Source: an uncultured bacterium (GTDB taxonomy: Bacteria > Omnitrophota > Omnitrophia > Omnitrophales > Abzuiibacteriaceae). From it: 64,000 nucleotides of DNA. The position numbers and the translations under genes were made by a program. Positions 1 to 10,551 of this stretch are shown here, piece after piece. A model generated the notes under the pieces. The model saw nothing but the letters and a program-made list of their open reading frames with translations, was not told where the DNA came from and did no database searches. The stretch's first letter is position 1, and every line of letters begins with the position of its first letter. The stretch covers positions 288,001-352,000 of the forward strand of contig CAYLXA010000001.1 in the NCBI GenBank assembly GCA_964387845.1, in the 5' to 3' direction.

Positions 1-823
1 CCTTGACGGTAAGTTGCAGAAAAATTTTCTTACCTAAGAACAGCTCGATGTCTTCACGCGCATTTTTGCCGATGAGTTTAATCATTTTTCCGCCCTGCCC
101 GACCAGAATACCCTTCTGCGAATCCCGTTCCACAAAAATGGTCGCTTCAATGACTGCCAACTTTTCACTTTTTTCCTGAAAACTATCGATTTCTACCGCC
201 ACCGAATAAGGAACTTCCTGGCTTGCCAGGCGGAAAATCTTTTCGCGGATCATTTCGGTCGCAATGAAACGCTCTGTATGGTTCGATGCCTGGTCTTCGG
301 GAAAATAAAGCGGGTGTTCCGGCAAAATTTCAAATGTCTTTTCCAAAAGTTCCGGAAGATTGTCGCGGTGCATCGCCGAAACAGGAAAAAGCGCTTCGAA
401 CTTAAAGAGTTTGTGATAACAATCCAAAACCGGCAAGAGTTCAGGCTTTGCAACCGTATCGACCTTGTTGACCAATAAAAAAACGGGTTTAGCTAATTTT
501 TGGATCGTTTTCCCGATTTCTGTTTCTTCTTTTCCGGGAATTTGCGGGAACACCATCCAGTAGATAATGTCGGTTTCCAAAAACGATTTTTGCGCGTCCT
601 TCACCATCCGTTCTCCGTAGGCATCTTTGGGCTGATGAAGCCCGGGCGTATCGAGAAAAACAATCTGGCCGCGCGGTTCGGTCAAAATACCGCGCACGGT
701 TTGGCGGGTTGTTTGAGGTTTCGGAGAAACCGCCGCAAGCTTGGTACCGACCAATCGGTTGAGCAAGGTTGATTTTCCGACATTCGGCCTTCCAACGATC
801 GTGACAAATCCGGCTTTGCTCAT
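1..823 (-). CDS. era: GTPase Era (C-terminal part runs off the window start)
   Basis: Minus-strand translation from ATG at 823..821 gives MSKAGFVTIVGRPNVGKSTLLNRLVG...FLDTPGLH...LLVNKVD, i.e. G1/G3/G4 GTPase motifs followed by a KH-domain-like region. The ORF stays open to position 1. Confidence 0.85.
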   Translation of the reverse strand, partial: MSKAGFVTIVGRPNVGKSTLLNRLVGTKLAAVSPKPQTTRQTVRGILTEPRGQIVFLDTPGLHQPKDAYGERMVKDAQKSFLETDIIYWMVFPQIPGKEETEIGKTIQKLAKPVFLLVNKVDTVAKPELLPVLDCYHKLFKFEALFPVSAMHRDNLPELLEKTFEILPEHPLYFPEDQASNHTERFIATEMIREKIFRLASQEVPYSVAVEIDSFQEKSEKLAVIEATIFVERDSQKGILVGQGGKMIKLIGKNAREDIELFLGKKIFLQLTVK

Positions 824-826
824 ACT

Positions 827-2047
827 CTATAAGGCAGGGTTTTTACTGGATGACTTTTGAGACTGCTGCGAAAACCGGTCCACCAGTTGTTTTAGAAGAT
901 CCGCAGGTTTTGCTTCAGCCTTTCCGCCGGTTACAAATTTTTCAACCTGTTTCAATGAATCGGCGTTGAGGCGGTCAATGGATTTATCGAGCTTTTCATG
1001 AGCTGATGTGAAAAATGAATTTGCAAGCTCCTGCTTCAAATCAAACGAGGGATCTCCCAGGTTCCCGGATACCGAAAAATCAAACTCGAAGGGCTTGTCA
1101 TTCATCAGCGTAAAAAATTGTGACAGTGTTTTTCTTGAAAATCCAAACACAATTTCATCCGCTTTTTTGCCGTTCGTTTCTGGAATTACCACGTTCCTTA
1201 ATTTAATTTGATTATCGATCTTCAACTGATTATTTTCGCAGTAGAAGACAGAGTCAATATCTGTAAAACCGCCGGCAATCCCTGCCTGTGTCGGAACCGA
1301 GTTCAGCGAATTCACATCGCGCAGTGCAATATTTTGAAAACTGCTCTTTATTTTAAAATTTTTGTTATTCGAAAGGAAGATGCCGGTCCCCGAAATTCGA
1401 ATTTTACCTTCTTCTCGCCCGGTTAATTTCGAACTTAAATAAAATGAGGTGGTTGCTGGGCTGTTCGGCCGAGGCGGATAATTAAATTCTGAAAATGAGA
1501 AATCGATGTCCCGGAATACCCATTCCCTCTGCTCCGGCAGTGCATTGTGATTTAGATGACGGACGGTCCCGCTTTTAATAGAAAAATGCTGAATCGCATA
1601 ACGCTGAAAAAATTCGAACTTCCCAATCCGGATCTGAGGCCTGAAAAGCTGCTTAAACCGGTGCCCCAATACATCGGAATTTAAATTACCTCTCGGATCC
1701 CGCTCCAAATTCAAAACCGGGTTGATCAGACGGACTTCTTCTACGATAAATTCATTCGCCAGAAAACTCGTAAAGCTCAGATTAATTTCGAGGCGCTTAA
1801 TCGAAAGAAAGATCCGCTCCCGGGAGCCGGGCACATTACCCACTTCGAGCCCCTCCAGCCACACAGTTGCATTTAAGAAGTTAATGCCTCCCCTCTCGAC
1901 ACTCGTCGGAACGCCCAACAATGTTTTTCCGTTCTTTTCTACCATCGAGGGGATAAGAATTTGAGAAGCCAGATGAGCAGAGCTCAAGAGGATAATAAGC
2001 AATAAAACAGCGATGATAATAACAAGATGTGACTTTCTAAGCGGCAT
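827..2047 (-). CDS. membrane-anchored hypothetical protein (possibly AsmA-like)
   Basis: 406-aa ORF with an N-terminal hydrophobic anchor (LVIIIAVLLLIILLSSA) and a beta-rich periplasmic-looking remainder. Its stop lies 3 nt from the era start. No recognisable motif. Confidence 0.4.
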   Translation of the reverse strand: MPLRKSHLVIIIAVLLLIILLSSAHLASQILIPSMVEKNGKTLLGVPTSVERGGINFLNATVWLEGLEVGNVPGSRERIFLSIKRLEINLSFTSFLANEFIVEEVRLINPVLNLERDPRGNLNSDVLGHRFKQLFRPQIRIGKFEFFQRYAIQHFSIKSGTVRHLNHNALPEQREWVFRDIDFSFSEFNYPPRPNSPATTSFYLSSKLTGREEGKIRISGTGIFLSNNKNFKIKSSFQNIALRDVNSLNSVPTQAGIAGGFTDIDSVFYCENNQLKIDNQIKLRNVVIPETNGKKADEIVFGFSRKTLSQFFTLMNDKPFEFDFSVSGNLGDPSFDLKQELANSFFTSAHEKLDKSIDRLNADSLKQVEKFVTGGKAEAKPADLLKQLVDRFSQQSQKSSSKNPAL

Positions 2048-2092
2048 AGCGAGTCAGATTACTAAAAAATCTCTCCCATTTCAAGAAAGCTC

Positions 2093-3769
2093 TTACTCCC
2101 GTTCTTGCCTTACTTTGCTGCTCACCTGAAACTGCATGTAGCGGCCGAGCATCAATCTGGTTTGAGCATCCAAAGCCGGCAGCGCCAAAAGCGTAGCCAA
2201 AATGACCGGCAAGAAGAAAAATTGAAGGATAAAAGTCAGATTTTTAAACCTCGAAACATGCGAAGGCCGTTTTGGTAAAAGCAAGAAGCTGATCGCGAGC
2301 GTCACGATCACCGACAAGCCCGCCATTTGAAAAATCATAGCCGAAATTTTCGGTAAATTATAAGAAATGACGGAAAGGCCGTATTCTCTTCCGCCCCAAA
2401 TAACGGGCAGCCAGCCAAATAAACTGATGATTAATCCCCAAGTTGCCCATGAAACGTGGTTCTCGAGCATTTTGAGCCCGTGCGTGATTTTCACGGAAAG
2501 CGGAATCCTGGGATTCTGCGCAAAGCCTTCCATAATCATCGGAAAGTTTTCAATCCCCCAGGCCCATCGGCGTTTTTGTTTGTAAATTTTGATAAACGTA
2601 TCGAACCAATTTTCACCGACAATAATGCTCATGGAAAGTGTCACATTCAGCGGCACTGTTTTATAGTGCCCGTCAAAATGCAGGAAACACCGCCAAAAAA
2701 TTGCCGAATCATCGGAAATCATGTCTACAGGCCAATAATTCACATCAACCAGCGTTTGAAAATTCATACTGTGACTTGAAAATGTAACCAAATGGTCCGG
2801 ATCCGCCGATTCAATCAGCTGGCCGAACGAAGAACCGGTATCCATCATGCGCGCAAACGCCGGGACTTCCCAGACATTGTTGTGATAAACCGGGATCGGC
2901 TGAAAACTGCACCGCATCCTGTCTTCGCGGATTAGAAAATGATACGTAAGAGACGAAAAATATTCTTTTGTGACACAAGTATCCGCATCAAAACAGGAAA
3001 TGAGGACATTTTGCAATGGGATTTTCTGTTTTTCCAAAAACTCCTTTACCCTTTTCGCAGCCCAGCTCGCATTGGCACCTTTGACAGGCGTTTCACCGGG
3101 CAAACCATCCGGATGAAAGGTCACGAGAAAATTAAAAAACACGCTGGTATAGGATTTATAAAGTTCTTCGGCCTTTAATTTCGCGCCTTCGCCTTCGCGA
3201 TCTTCGAATGCCACCACCACAATCATCCGGTCAAGCGGATAGTTAGCATTCCGTATAGAATTTAAAGTATCTTTAAGGACACGCATATCTTCCCGAAACG
3301 CCGGCAGGATAACAGCGTGATAAATTAAGCCGTAATCCGGAATTTCGGTTTTTGCCCGCACGAGCCGCTCGACACGGTGCAGGTATTCCGTCTGAGACCT
3401 GAATTTGCGGACTAGTTTGATTTTATTCTCGGAGCGGTGGAGTTTTTTGATTTCCTGATAAAGCCCGTTCAATCTTTCTTTAATCTTTGTTTCAAACTCA
3501 CTCAAATTCATGAGTTCTTTGCACCGCATTTGCCAATCCGTATCCCGCTCCTGGTCCAAAATCGAGTAAGACAACACGATTAACGTTGTCATATAAAATA
3601 AGCGGAACACCCAAAATAAATTAAACAACAAAACCAGAATTGCGCCCGCGATGGGTTTGGCAGCAGCTGTGGCTATAAAAAGAATGAGCAGGCTCCAGCT
3701 GATAAGGCCTGGGACAATCTCGAAAATGCGCCGAAAAAGGTAACTTTTTTTAGTAAGTGATTCTGTCAT
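2093..3769 (-). CDS. processive family-2 glycosyltransferase (cellulose/chitin/hyaluronan synthase-like), polytopic membrane protein
   Basis: QKRRWAWG (QxxRW processivity motif), acidic DxD-type motifs, and TM helices at both the N and C termini. The start is placed at ATG 3769 (MTESLTKK) because the longer ORF would overlap the upstream gene. Confidence 0.7.
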   Translation of the reverse strand: MTESLTKKSYLFRRIFEIVPGLISWSLLILFIATAAAKPIAGAILVLLFNLFWVFRLFYMTTLIVLSYSILDQERDTDWQMRCKELMNLSEFETKIKERLNGLYQEIKKLHRSENKIKLVRKFRSQTEYLHRVERLVRAKTEIPDYGLIYHAVILPAFREDMRVLKDTLNSIRNANYPLDRMIVVVAFEDREGEGAKLKAEELYKSYTSVFFNFLVTFHPDGLPGETPVKGANASWAAKRVKEFLEKQKIPLQNVLISCFDADTCVTKEYFSSLTYHFLIREDRMRCSFQPIPVYHNNVWEVPAFARMMDTGSSFGQLIESADPDHLVTFSSHSMNFQTLVDVNYWPVDMISDDSAIFWRCFLHFDGHYKTVPLNVTLSMSIIVGENWFDTFIKIYKQKRRWAWGIENFPMIMEGFAQNPRIPLSVKITHGLKMLENHVSWATWGLIISLFGWLPVIWGGREYGLSVISYNLPKISAMIFQMAGLSVIVTLAISFLLLPKRPSHVSRFKNLTFILQFFFLPVILATLLALPALDAQTRLMLGRYMQFQVSSKVRQERE

Positions 3770-3782
3770 TTTGTGGCCAACA

Positions 3783-5270
3783 CTAATCCAAAGAAATTTG
3801 AACCGGTGAATGATAGGGTTTTGTAAATTTAATTGAAAACGGAAAAAGCGACGGCTCCAACAATTCGGCTTCGCAGATTTGCGTACGCTCATCGGAATCA
3901 CAGCCGGTCCAATATATTCTGCCGCTTAGCTCGTCCAAATGAATGGACAGCTCATCACCCGCCCAATGTTCGGCGATTGTTTGGCTCGAAACCGAATTGC
4001 CGGTTGTAAAATTCATTTCGATCAGTTCGATCGTCTTAGCGGTTGCCATGACCGCATATTTTCCCTGCCGGATCATCTGCGCAAACAAGATCGGGCGGTC
4101 ACTCTTCCAAATCAACCTTTTCTGCGGGCCCTCCTCAAAAAAACTGTCCCGCTTTCCCGCCGTTTGCAGGTCAAGCAGCCAAAGCTCTTTTGATTTCCAA
4201 AAGAGCAGCTGCTCGAGCCCGGGCATCAACCTGACCGATTTGACATCCTCATCAATAAAATAAGGCAGCCGGTTCATGAGAAGCTTGCCATCCTCCGAAA
4301 GCCAAAACATGGTGCCTTTCTCGGTCATGAAAACCCGGTACGGTTCAAAATCCTCGTCTCCGAAAAAAAACCTTTTGAATCCTTGATTCGGAAATAAATT
4401 GACGATTTTCTTTCCCTCCAAGTCAGCGGAAAAAAGATCCTGTCCGGAATCAAATCCGTAAATTTTGTCGCCGATCACTTCAAAAGAAAGAACCTTGCTG
4501 ATGAGCCCCGTTTTGTGGGAGCGGCTCCCGAGATCGATTAGATCAATCCGATCTCCGTTCAGGCAAAATAACTTTTCGGAATCATTCGGATGAAAGCGCG
4601 CGTTGGAAACCGGATCCTGAGTAAATTTTGATAGAAAAACCGGCAAGGCGTCCTCCGAAACCGTGCTGGCGACATACTCTGTCCGGGAACCGCTTTGAAA
4701 CCCGATCAATACCCTTTTTTCATCTGCTGACGAACTAATTTCGACTGAATTTACTTTTGAATCCTTTTCTTCAAACTCAACAACCGGAAAGGACTTTTTC
4801 TTTTTAACGTCATGCGCCAGAATCGTTACTTTATTGCGAGCTTGGTGAACAAGAAATAAATACTTGTCGTCGTCTGAGGGCAGAAAAGCGTTGACAGGAA
4901 AAATGGTGGATTTTGATTGATGTAACTCTTTTGGTATCAATAAGATATGCTCAATCCGAGTTACCTCCTCCTGCCGCACTTCGAGATCGCGGCTCCAAGA
5001 TTGATAATCTTTACGCACAACTTCAACATGATACCGTCCGGGCCTTAAACCCGAAATTGCCGCGGGGCTTTTCCCACGATAATGGTGGTCAACTAAAATA
5101 TCCGAAGATTTAGGCTCCGACACAACCGAGATGATTCCTGTTTTCACAAAATTTTTTGAAACAGGATCAAACACAAAACCGAGCGAATAAAGAGCGAGGA
5201 CGGGCGCAGTAAGAAAATAAAGAATGATAAACAGCCAAAAAATGACTTTGCGTAGTGTGCTGAGTCTCAT
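3783..5270 (-). CDS. secreted or membrane-anchored PEGA-domain protein with a beta-propeller-like C-terminal region
   Basis: N-terminal signal anchor (VIFWLFIILYFLTAPVLA) and a PEGA-like stretch (RPGRYHVEVVRKDYQSWSRDLEV). It sits immediately upstream of the GT2 gene and is probably co-transcribed with it. Confidence 0.45.
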   Translation of the reverse strand: MRLSTLRKVIFWLFIILYFLTAPVLALYSLGFVFDPVSKNFVKTGIISVVSEPKSSDILVDHHYRGKSPAAISGLRPGRYHVEVVRKDYQSWSRDLEVRQEEVTRIEHILLIPKELHQSKSTIFPVNAFLPSDDDKYLFLVHQARNKVTILAHDVKKKKSFPVVEFEEKDSKVNSVEISSSADEKRVLIGFQSGSRTEYVASTVSEDALPVFLSKFTQDPVSNARFHPNDSEKLFCLNGDRIDLIDLGSRSHKTGLISKVLSFEVIGDKIYGFDSGQDLFSADLEGKKIVNLFPNQGFKRFFFGDEDFEPYRVFMTEKGTMFWLSEDGKLLMNRLPYFIDEDVKSVRLMPGLEQLLFWKSKELWLLDLQTAGKRDSFFEEGPQKRLIWKSDRPILFAQMIRQGKYAVMATAKTIELIEMNFTTGNSVSSQTIAEHWAGDELSIHLDELSGRIYWTGCDSDERTQICEAELLEPSLFPFSIKFTKPYHSPVQISLD

Positions 5271-5285
5271 ATCTTAGGAAAATCT

Positions 5286-5999
5286 TTACGATTTTTTCTC
5301 AAGCCAACGGAACAATTGGGAAAAAAACTGCACGTACCGGTGACCGACTTCCATCGCCGACTGCTTCGTCACTTGCTGCTTAATGCGTTTCTCGCCCCAA
5401 TCCACCATTCCTCCGCACCAATGCGGCGCAATGTCGCTTGTCCATGCTCCGGTTTTTCCCTTCCCGAAACTTCCGAACACAAGAAGCGGCGCTTTCTTTC
5501 CGGACACTTTCTCAACAAGCTGTAGAATGATTTTCACATTTTTTTTCGGAATCACTTGATTATAGCCAATAATCACCGGACTGACTTTGAGCGGAATATT
5601 TTTTAAAACTGCGTGGGCGTTGACTTTTCTAAAATAAGCGCCGCTTGCAAGCTGGCGCCGGTCATCTCCCCTTTTGCAGAAAACGGGCAGCGCTTTTTCA
5701 ATGGGCGTTTTCCGGTAACCGCCATCCAAACCCGTAAAAGACCCCCACCCGCCAATCATGAGCAATCCGGTACCGCGCGAAACTTGGCTTACGATTTTCT
5801 TCATAACAGCCGGCGACAGGTTCTTTCGCGAATAATCACTGATGATAATCAGAGAAAAAGTTCTGGCGAGTACGGCGGCTGATACTTTTTTGCCGGGCGG
5901 AACATGAATGACGGAACGCTTCATGCGTTTTGCAATACCCAACAAATAACGTGCGTTGTGCTCAGCAGGGCCGTCGCCCAAATAAAGATACGGTTTCAT
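5286..5999 (-). CDS. class I glutamine amidotransferase-like (ThuA/DJ-1 superfamily) domain protein, function unknown
   Basis: 237-aa ORF with a GATase1-like core (GLLMIGGWGSF...APLLVFGSFGKGKTG). Its start overlaps the upstream stop (TAATG). Confidence 0.4.
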   Translation of the reverse strand: MKPYLYLGDGPAEHNARYLLGIAKRMKRSVIHVPPGKKVSAAVLARTFSLIIISDYSRKNLSPAVMKKIVSQVSRGTGLLMIGGWGSFTGLDGGYRKTPIEKALPVFCKRGDDRRQLASGAYFRKVNAHAVLKNIPLKVSPVIIGYNQVIPKKNVKIILQLVEKVSGKKAPLLVFGSFGKGKTGAWTSDIAPHWCGGMVDWGEKRIKQQVTKQSAMEVGHRYVQFFSQLFRWLEKKS

Positions 6000-6802
6000 T
6001 ATTTATCGTATCCCAATTTTTTAAATGAAAGTTTCAGGATTTGTATCACGGTAGAGCGAGGAACTAATTTCTCAACATAATAAAGCGCCCGATTCCACAA
6101 ACCGGTGATGACACTGGCCGTACGGCGGCGTGCAATCGCGCGAAACGCTTCCTCCACAACCTCCTCGGCAGTCTGTGACGGCCGTTTATCAAGCGGATGA
6201 TGCTCGTAACCGGCTGCCTCTCCAAAATTGGTTTCGGTCCTGCCGGGGCATACATTAATAATTTGAATGCCCTTTTCCGAAAATTCGGACGCAACGGCTT
6301 CTGAAAACGACGTCACAAAAGCCTTTGATGCTGCATAAACTGAAAAGTAAGGCATCGGTTGAAAACCGGCCGTTGAAGAGACGTTGATGATCATTCCGTG
6401 CTTTTGACTCACCATGCCGGGTAAAAACAAATGCGTGAGCGCCACGAGCGCTTTGACGTTCACATCCACCATCTCTAACTGGCGCTCGAGATCTAGTCTT
6501 GTAAAACTACCGATTGCGCCAAAGCCGGCATTGTTGACGAGGCAGTCAATCACGATTCCGCCGCCTCGGATTTCTTCATAAATCTTGCGGTACAAATTGT
6601 CATGAGACAGATCGGCGGGCAAAACAACGGTTTTGATCTGATGTTTTTGTTCGAGGACACGCGCAATGGCCGTTAACTTGTCTTCAGAACGAGCCAGCAA
6701 AACGATGTTCCAACCTTCTTTGGCAAACCGCTCGGCAAACGCCTTTCCGATTCCGGATGATGCACCGGTGATCAGAGCCCATTTATTCTGTTTGGTGATC
6801 AT
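5999..6802 (-). CDS. SDR-family short-chain dehydrogenase/reductase
   Basis: TGASSGIG Rossmann motif, NNAG, and the YxxxK catalytic pair (YAASKAF). The start is placed at the internal ATG 6802 (MITKQNKWALITGASSGIG). Confidence 0.8.
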   Translation of the reverse strand: MITKQNKWALITGASSGIGKAFAERFAKEGWNIVLLARSEDKLTAIARVLEQKHQIKTVVLPADLSHDNLYRKIYEEIRGGGIVIDCLVNNAGFGAIGSFTRLDLERQLEMVDVNVKALVALTHLFLPGMVSQKHGMIINVSSTAGFQPMPYFSVYAASKAFVTSFSEAVASEFSEKGIQIINVCPGRTETNFGEAAGYEHHPLDKRPSQTAEEVVEEAFRAIARRRTASVITGLWNRALYYVEKLVPRSTVIQILKLSFKKLGYDK

Positions 6803-6851
6803 AGCCGGTATTATAACACTTAAAAAAGCAAAAACCCTTGGCAATTTCTCG

Positions 6852-6968
6852 CCAAGGGTTTGTGAATCAAATGGAAAAACAGGGTCAGGTGCCAAGGGTC
6901 ATGGGTCAAGGCACAAATGAACGGTTACTCTTGCCTTGACCCTTGCTACTTGCCCCTTGACCCTAAGA
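6852..6968. repeat. cluster of CCTTGACCC / GGGTCAAGG palindromic units, including an 11-bp-stem hairpin (gggtcaaggca ... tgccttgaccc)
   Basis: ccaagggtc, gggtcaaggc and ccttgaccc (twice) are visible between the nrdJ stop and the SDR start. Confidence 0.4.
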
Positions 6969-9900
6969 TCAGGAACAACCGATGCTATTGCCGCAGTTCA
7001 AACATTTATAGCAGGAGCCGTTGCGGACAGTAATATGGCCGCAACCGTTGCAAACCGGTGCATCTCCCATCATGTGCGCCAAATGGTCGCTTAATACGGA
7101 CACGCCCCCTTTGGCTTCTGCTTCTTCCTGCACGCCACCGCCGGTTGACGTATGTGCTACCGACACAGCCGCAACTGCGGTTTGTTTCGCCGAAGAAACC
7201 GGCTCTTGCGGAATCTTTTTTGCTTCAGCGGCTTTTGCCTTTTCGATTTTTTTCTGCTTCGGCGCCTCCGTAATGGCTTCAGCATCCGTCGGGCGGTGGA
7301 TGAAATCGGTACGGCCGAGATATTCCATGCCAAGCACGCGGAACACATAGTCGATCACGGAAGTCGAGAACTTAATATTCGGATGATCCACAGGCCCTTG
7401 CGGCTCAAAGCGCGTGAAGGTAAACACATCCACGAACTCTTTCAGCGGAACTCCGTATTGAAGCCCGAGTGAAATTGAAATCGCAAAGCAGTTCATGAGA
7501 CTTCTGAACGCCGCACCTTCTTTGTGCATATCGATAAAGATTTCGCCCAACGCACCATCCTCATATTCCCCGGTGCGCAGATAAACTTTGTGGCCGGCAA
7601 CTTTGGCTTCCTGCGTAAATCCGGCGCGCTTTTTCGGCAAACGGCGCCTTGAGGGAGCTGCCACCACCGCTTCAACTTCTGCTTTCTTATCGGAATCTTT
7701 GGAATCACCGGTATTGGAACTTAAAGGCTGAGACGCTTTGCAGCCGTCGCGGTAAAGCGCGATGGCCTTCAAACCCAGCTTCCAACCTTCCATATAAATG
7801 TTGTAAATATCCTGTTCGGTTGATTCGTTCGGGATATTGACCGTCTTCGAGATCGCGCCCGAAATAAACGGCTGCGCGGCGGCCATCATGCGGATATGAG
7901 CCATCGGAGCAATAAAACGTTGGCCGTACTTGCCGCACTTATTGGCGCAATCAAACACCGCAAGATGTTCATTCTTCAAATGCGGTGCGCCTTCAACCGT
8001 CATGGTTCCGCAAACCACACGGCCGGCTTCTTCGATCTCAGCTTTCGAGAAACCAAACGCTTCAAGGAGACTAAATCCCGGCGTTTGATATTGCTCCGGC
8101 TTAAATCCAAGGCGTTTCAAAGTATCTTCTCCGAGAATCCAGGAAGCAAACCCATCTTTAAGTTCGAAAATAAACGGAAGCGCGTTTTCTACCTTTTCCA
8201 AATCTTCTTTGGTCAGGCCCTTATTCAAAAGCGCGGATTCGTTCACCCACGGCGAGGTTTTGAGTGAATTGGTTCCGAGCACATATTCAATGATTTCCTT
8301 AGACTCCACTTCGTTGTAGCCAAGATGCTTGAGCGCGGACGGCACGGATTGATTGACGATTTTGAAATAACCGCCGCCTGCGAGCTTTTTGAATTTCACC
8401 AGCGCGAAATCAGGCTCAATGCCGGTTGTGTCGCAATCCATCAAAAGGCCGATGGTGCCGGTCGGCGCAATCACAGTGGCTTGCGCGTTGCGGTAACCAT
8501 AACGCTTTCCGAAATTCACCGCATCGTTCCAATCTTCTTCCGCGGCTTTGAGTAGATAGGAAGGACACTTTTCAGCGCTAATGGCTTTCACGGCAGCGCG
8601 GTGTTTTTCCATCACACGCAAAGTCGGTTCCTGATTTTTTGCGTAACCGGGGAAAGCACCTTTGTGTTGTGCGATTTCGGCGGATACACGGTAACCATGG
8701 CCGGTCAAAATCGCCGTGAGCGCTCCGCAGATCGCAAAACCTTCTTCGCTGTCATACGGAATGCCGTTGACCATCAAAAGCGTTCCGAGATTCGCATAAC
8801 CAAGGCCGAGCGGGCGGTAATCATGGCTGTTCTGGGCAATCTTTTGTGTCGGATAAGATGAGAAATCCACCAGGATTTCCTGCGCGGTAATCAAAATGCG
8901 GATGGCGTGGCGATAACTTTCCACATCCACTGAACCATCTTCATTCAAGAATTTCATCAAGTTGATGGACGACAGGTTGCAGGCTGTATCATCCAAAAAC
9001 ATGTATTCCGAACAAGGATTGGAAGCGTTGATTTTGTCCGTGTTAGACGATGTGTGCCAATCATTGATCGTGGTATCAAATTGAACACCCGGATCCGCGC
9101 ATTCCCAAGCTGAATGGCAGATTTGGTTAAAAAGCTTGCGGGCATCTAGACTTTCGCAAACTTCGCCGGTCGTGCGGAAACGTGTTTCCCATTTTCCGCC
9201 TTCGACAACGGCTTTCATAAACTCATCCGGAACGCGGACGGAATTATTAGAATTTTGGCCGGAAACCGTACGATACGCTTCTCCGTTGAAATCAGCCGGG
9301 TAACCTGCGGCAATTAAAGCGCGGACTTTTCTTTCTTCCTTTTCCTTCCAATTAATGAAGTCGACAATTTCGGGATGGTCCATATCGAGGCAAACCATCT
9401 TGGCCGCACGGCGTGTGGTACCGCCGGATTTCGTGGCGCCCGCGCCGCGATCAAGGACTTCTAAAAATGACATGAGGCCGGATGAAGTACCGCCGCCTGA
9501 AAGTTTTTCCTGACGGCCGCGGAGTTTTGAAAAGTTGGTTCCCGTTCCGGAGCCGTATTTGAAAAGGCGCGCTTCGGCTTTCACCAAATCAAAAATGGAC
9601 ATCAAATCATCGCCGACAGATTGGATAAAGCAAGCGGAGCATTGCGGATGAGAATAAGCGTCTGTGGTCCTTTCAACTGTTCCTGTTTTCGGATTCCAGA
9701 ACCAATTGCCGCCGCTTCCTTTAATACCATATTCATGGTAGAGGCCGCAGTTGAACCATACGGGAGAATTGAAGGCCGCTTTTTGCGTCACGAGGAGATG
9801 GGTAAGCTCCATTTCAAATGCTTCGGCATCTTCCGGAGTGGCAAAATAATTTCCGAGCTCTTCACCTGCGCGGCGGATTGTGTGCGCAATACGCTTCACC

Positions 9901-10238
9901 ACTTGCCGAACGCTGGTTTCGCCGCCGACGCTCGTAACACCGGCCTTCCGGAAATATTTTGAAACCACAATGTCCGTCGCAAGCTGCGTCCAAGACTTTG
10001 GAATTTCGGCGTCTTCCATTTTAAACACAACAGAACCATCGGGATTGCTGATCACAGATTTGCGGCGGTCCCACTCAATCTGATCGAAAGGATGAACGCC
10101 TTCTTGCGTGAATCTGCGCGCAATATGAATCCCTTCACGCGAACTAACACCGGCACCGGCAGAAAAATGTGCTTTTCCGTTTGATCCTGCTTCAGCCGAT
10201 TTATTCGCTTGTTTGGTTTTTTGTGTTTTTGCTGACAT
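6969..10238 (-). CDS. nrdJ: adenosylcobalamin-dependent (class II) ribonucleotide reductase
   Basis: 1089-aa ORF with a Cys-rich C terminus ([27 protein letters not shown]) typical of NrdJ and the RNR catalytic core. A strong SD GGAGG sits 8 nt upstream of the ATG. Confidence 0.9.
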   Translation of the reverse strand: MSAKTQKTKQANKSAEAGSNGKAHFSAGAGVSSREGIHIARRFTQEGVHPFDQIEWDRRKSVISNPDGSVVFKMEDAEIPKSWTQLATDIVVSKYFRKAGVTSVGGETSVRQVVKRIAHTIRRAGEELGNYFATPEDAEAFEMELTHLLVTQKAAFNSPVWFNCGLYHEYGIKGSGGNWFWNPKTGTVERTTDAYSHPQCSACFIQSVGDDLMSIFDLVKAEARLFKYGSGTGTNFSKLRGRQEKLSGGGTSSGLMSFLEVLDRGAGATKSGGTTRRAAKMVCLDMDHPEIVDFINWKEKEERKVRALIAAGYPADFNGEAYRTVSGQNSNNSVRVPDEFMKAVVEGGKWETRFRTTGEVCESLDARKLFNQICHSAWECADPGVQFDTTINDWHTSSNTDKINASNPCSEYMFLDDTACNLSSINLMKFLNEDGSVDVESYRHAIRILITAQEILVDFSSYPTQKIAQNSHDYRPLGLGYANLGTLLMVNGIPYDSEEGFAICGALTAILTGHGYRVSAEIAQHKGAFPGYAKNQEPTLRVMEKHRAAVKAISAEKCPSYLLKAAEEDWNDAVNFGKRYGYRNAQATVIAPTGTIGLLMDCDTTGIEPDFALVKFKKLAGGGYFKIVNQSVPSALKHLGYNEVESKEIIEYVLGTNSLKTSPWVNESALLNKGLTKEDLEKVENALPFIFELKDGFASWILGEDTLKRLGFKPEQYQTPGFSLLEAFGFSKAEIEEAGRVVCGTMTVEGAPHLKNEHLAVFDCANKCGKYGQRFIAPMAHIRMMAAAQPFISGAISKTVNIPNESTEQDIYNIYMEGWKLGLKAIALYRDGCKASQPLSSNTGDSKDSDKKAEVEAVVAAPSRRRLPKKRAGFTQEAKVAGHKVYLRTGEYEDGALGEIFIDMHKEGAAFRSLMNCFAISISLGLQYGVPLKEFVDVFTFTRFEPQGPVDHPNIKFSTSVIDYVFRVLGMEYLGRTDFIHRPTDAEAITEAPKQKKIEKAKAAEAKKIPQEPVSSAKQTAVAAVSVAHTSTGGGVQEEAEAKGGVSVLSDHLAHMMGDAPVCNGCGHITVRNGSCYKCLNCGNSIGCS

Positions 10239-10299
10239 TATGAATTCCTCCGTTATCGAATCCTTAAGCTACCTTACTAAGCCGCTTAGGAGCTTTATT

Positions 10300-10346
10300 G
10301 TAGCATATATAGTGTTCTTTTAGAACTTCTCTACCATATCTAGTGC
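10300..10346. promoter_or_regulatory. candidate tandem NrdR boxes in the nrdJ leader
   Basis: gtagcATATATAGTGTt (12/16 match to the NrdR consensus acaCwAtATaTwGtgt) and taCcATATcTAGTGcc (11/16). Their centres are about 31 bp apart, the spacing usually seen for NrdR operators. Confidence 0.3.
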
Positions 10347-10504
10347 CCGTAATGGACAATTCGGCACTCTTGGATTTTACTTAAGCTTATTTTTCTCCCT
10401 TTTTCGCTATCTGAATTAGTTGTTCTTTAGGCTAGATGTATTTGGACCTGGTTGACCCACAAAATTCACGATGGACTTTGTAAATAAACTGACAGGAAGT
10501 CAGG

Positions 10505-10551
10505 AAAAAAAACGACTGAACCGGGCTCTCTTTAAGAGCCTGGTTCAGTCG
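10505..10551 (-). terminator. rho-independent terminator of mnmE
   Basis: 17-bp stem cgactgaaccgggctct / agagcctggttcagtcg with one mismatch, followed on the minus strand by a U8 tract (A8 on the plus strand, 10505-10512). Confidence 0.7.

Noticed and set aside
5999-6895. Longer N-terminal extensions of several ORFs as given by the ORF track: SDR from 6895, GT2 from 3901, gamma-CA from 46650, tRNA-binding protein from 37468, OMP from 63160.
   Set aside because: The extensions overlap upstream genes or repeat DNA and lack signal or domain continuity. Internal ATGs give canonical N termini (e.g. MITKQNKWALITGASSGIG).
7021-9962. Numerous 60-120-aa ORFs on the plus strand inside nrdJ (e.g. 7021-7350, 7152-7472, 7896-8267, 9621-9962), and similar antisense ORFs inside the giant ORF, ppc, sdhA and others.
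   Set aside because: They lie wholly antisense to long, well-supported genes and have low-complexity or Arg/Ser-rich translations with no motifs. These are typical shadow ORFs.
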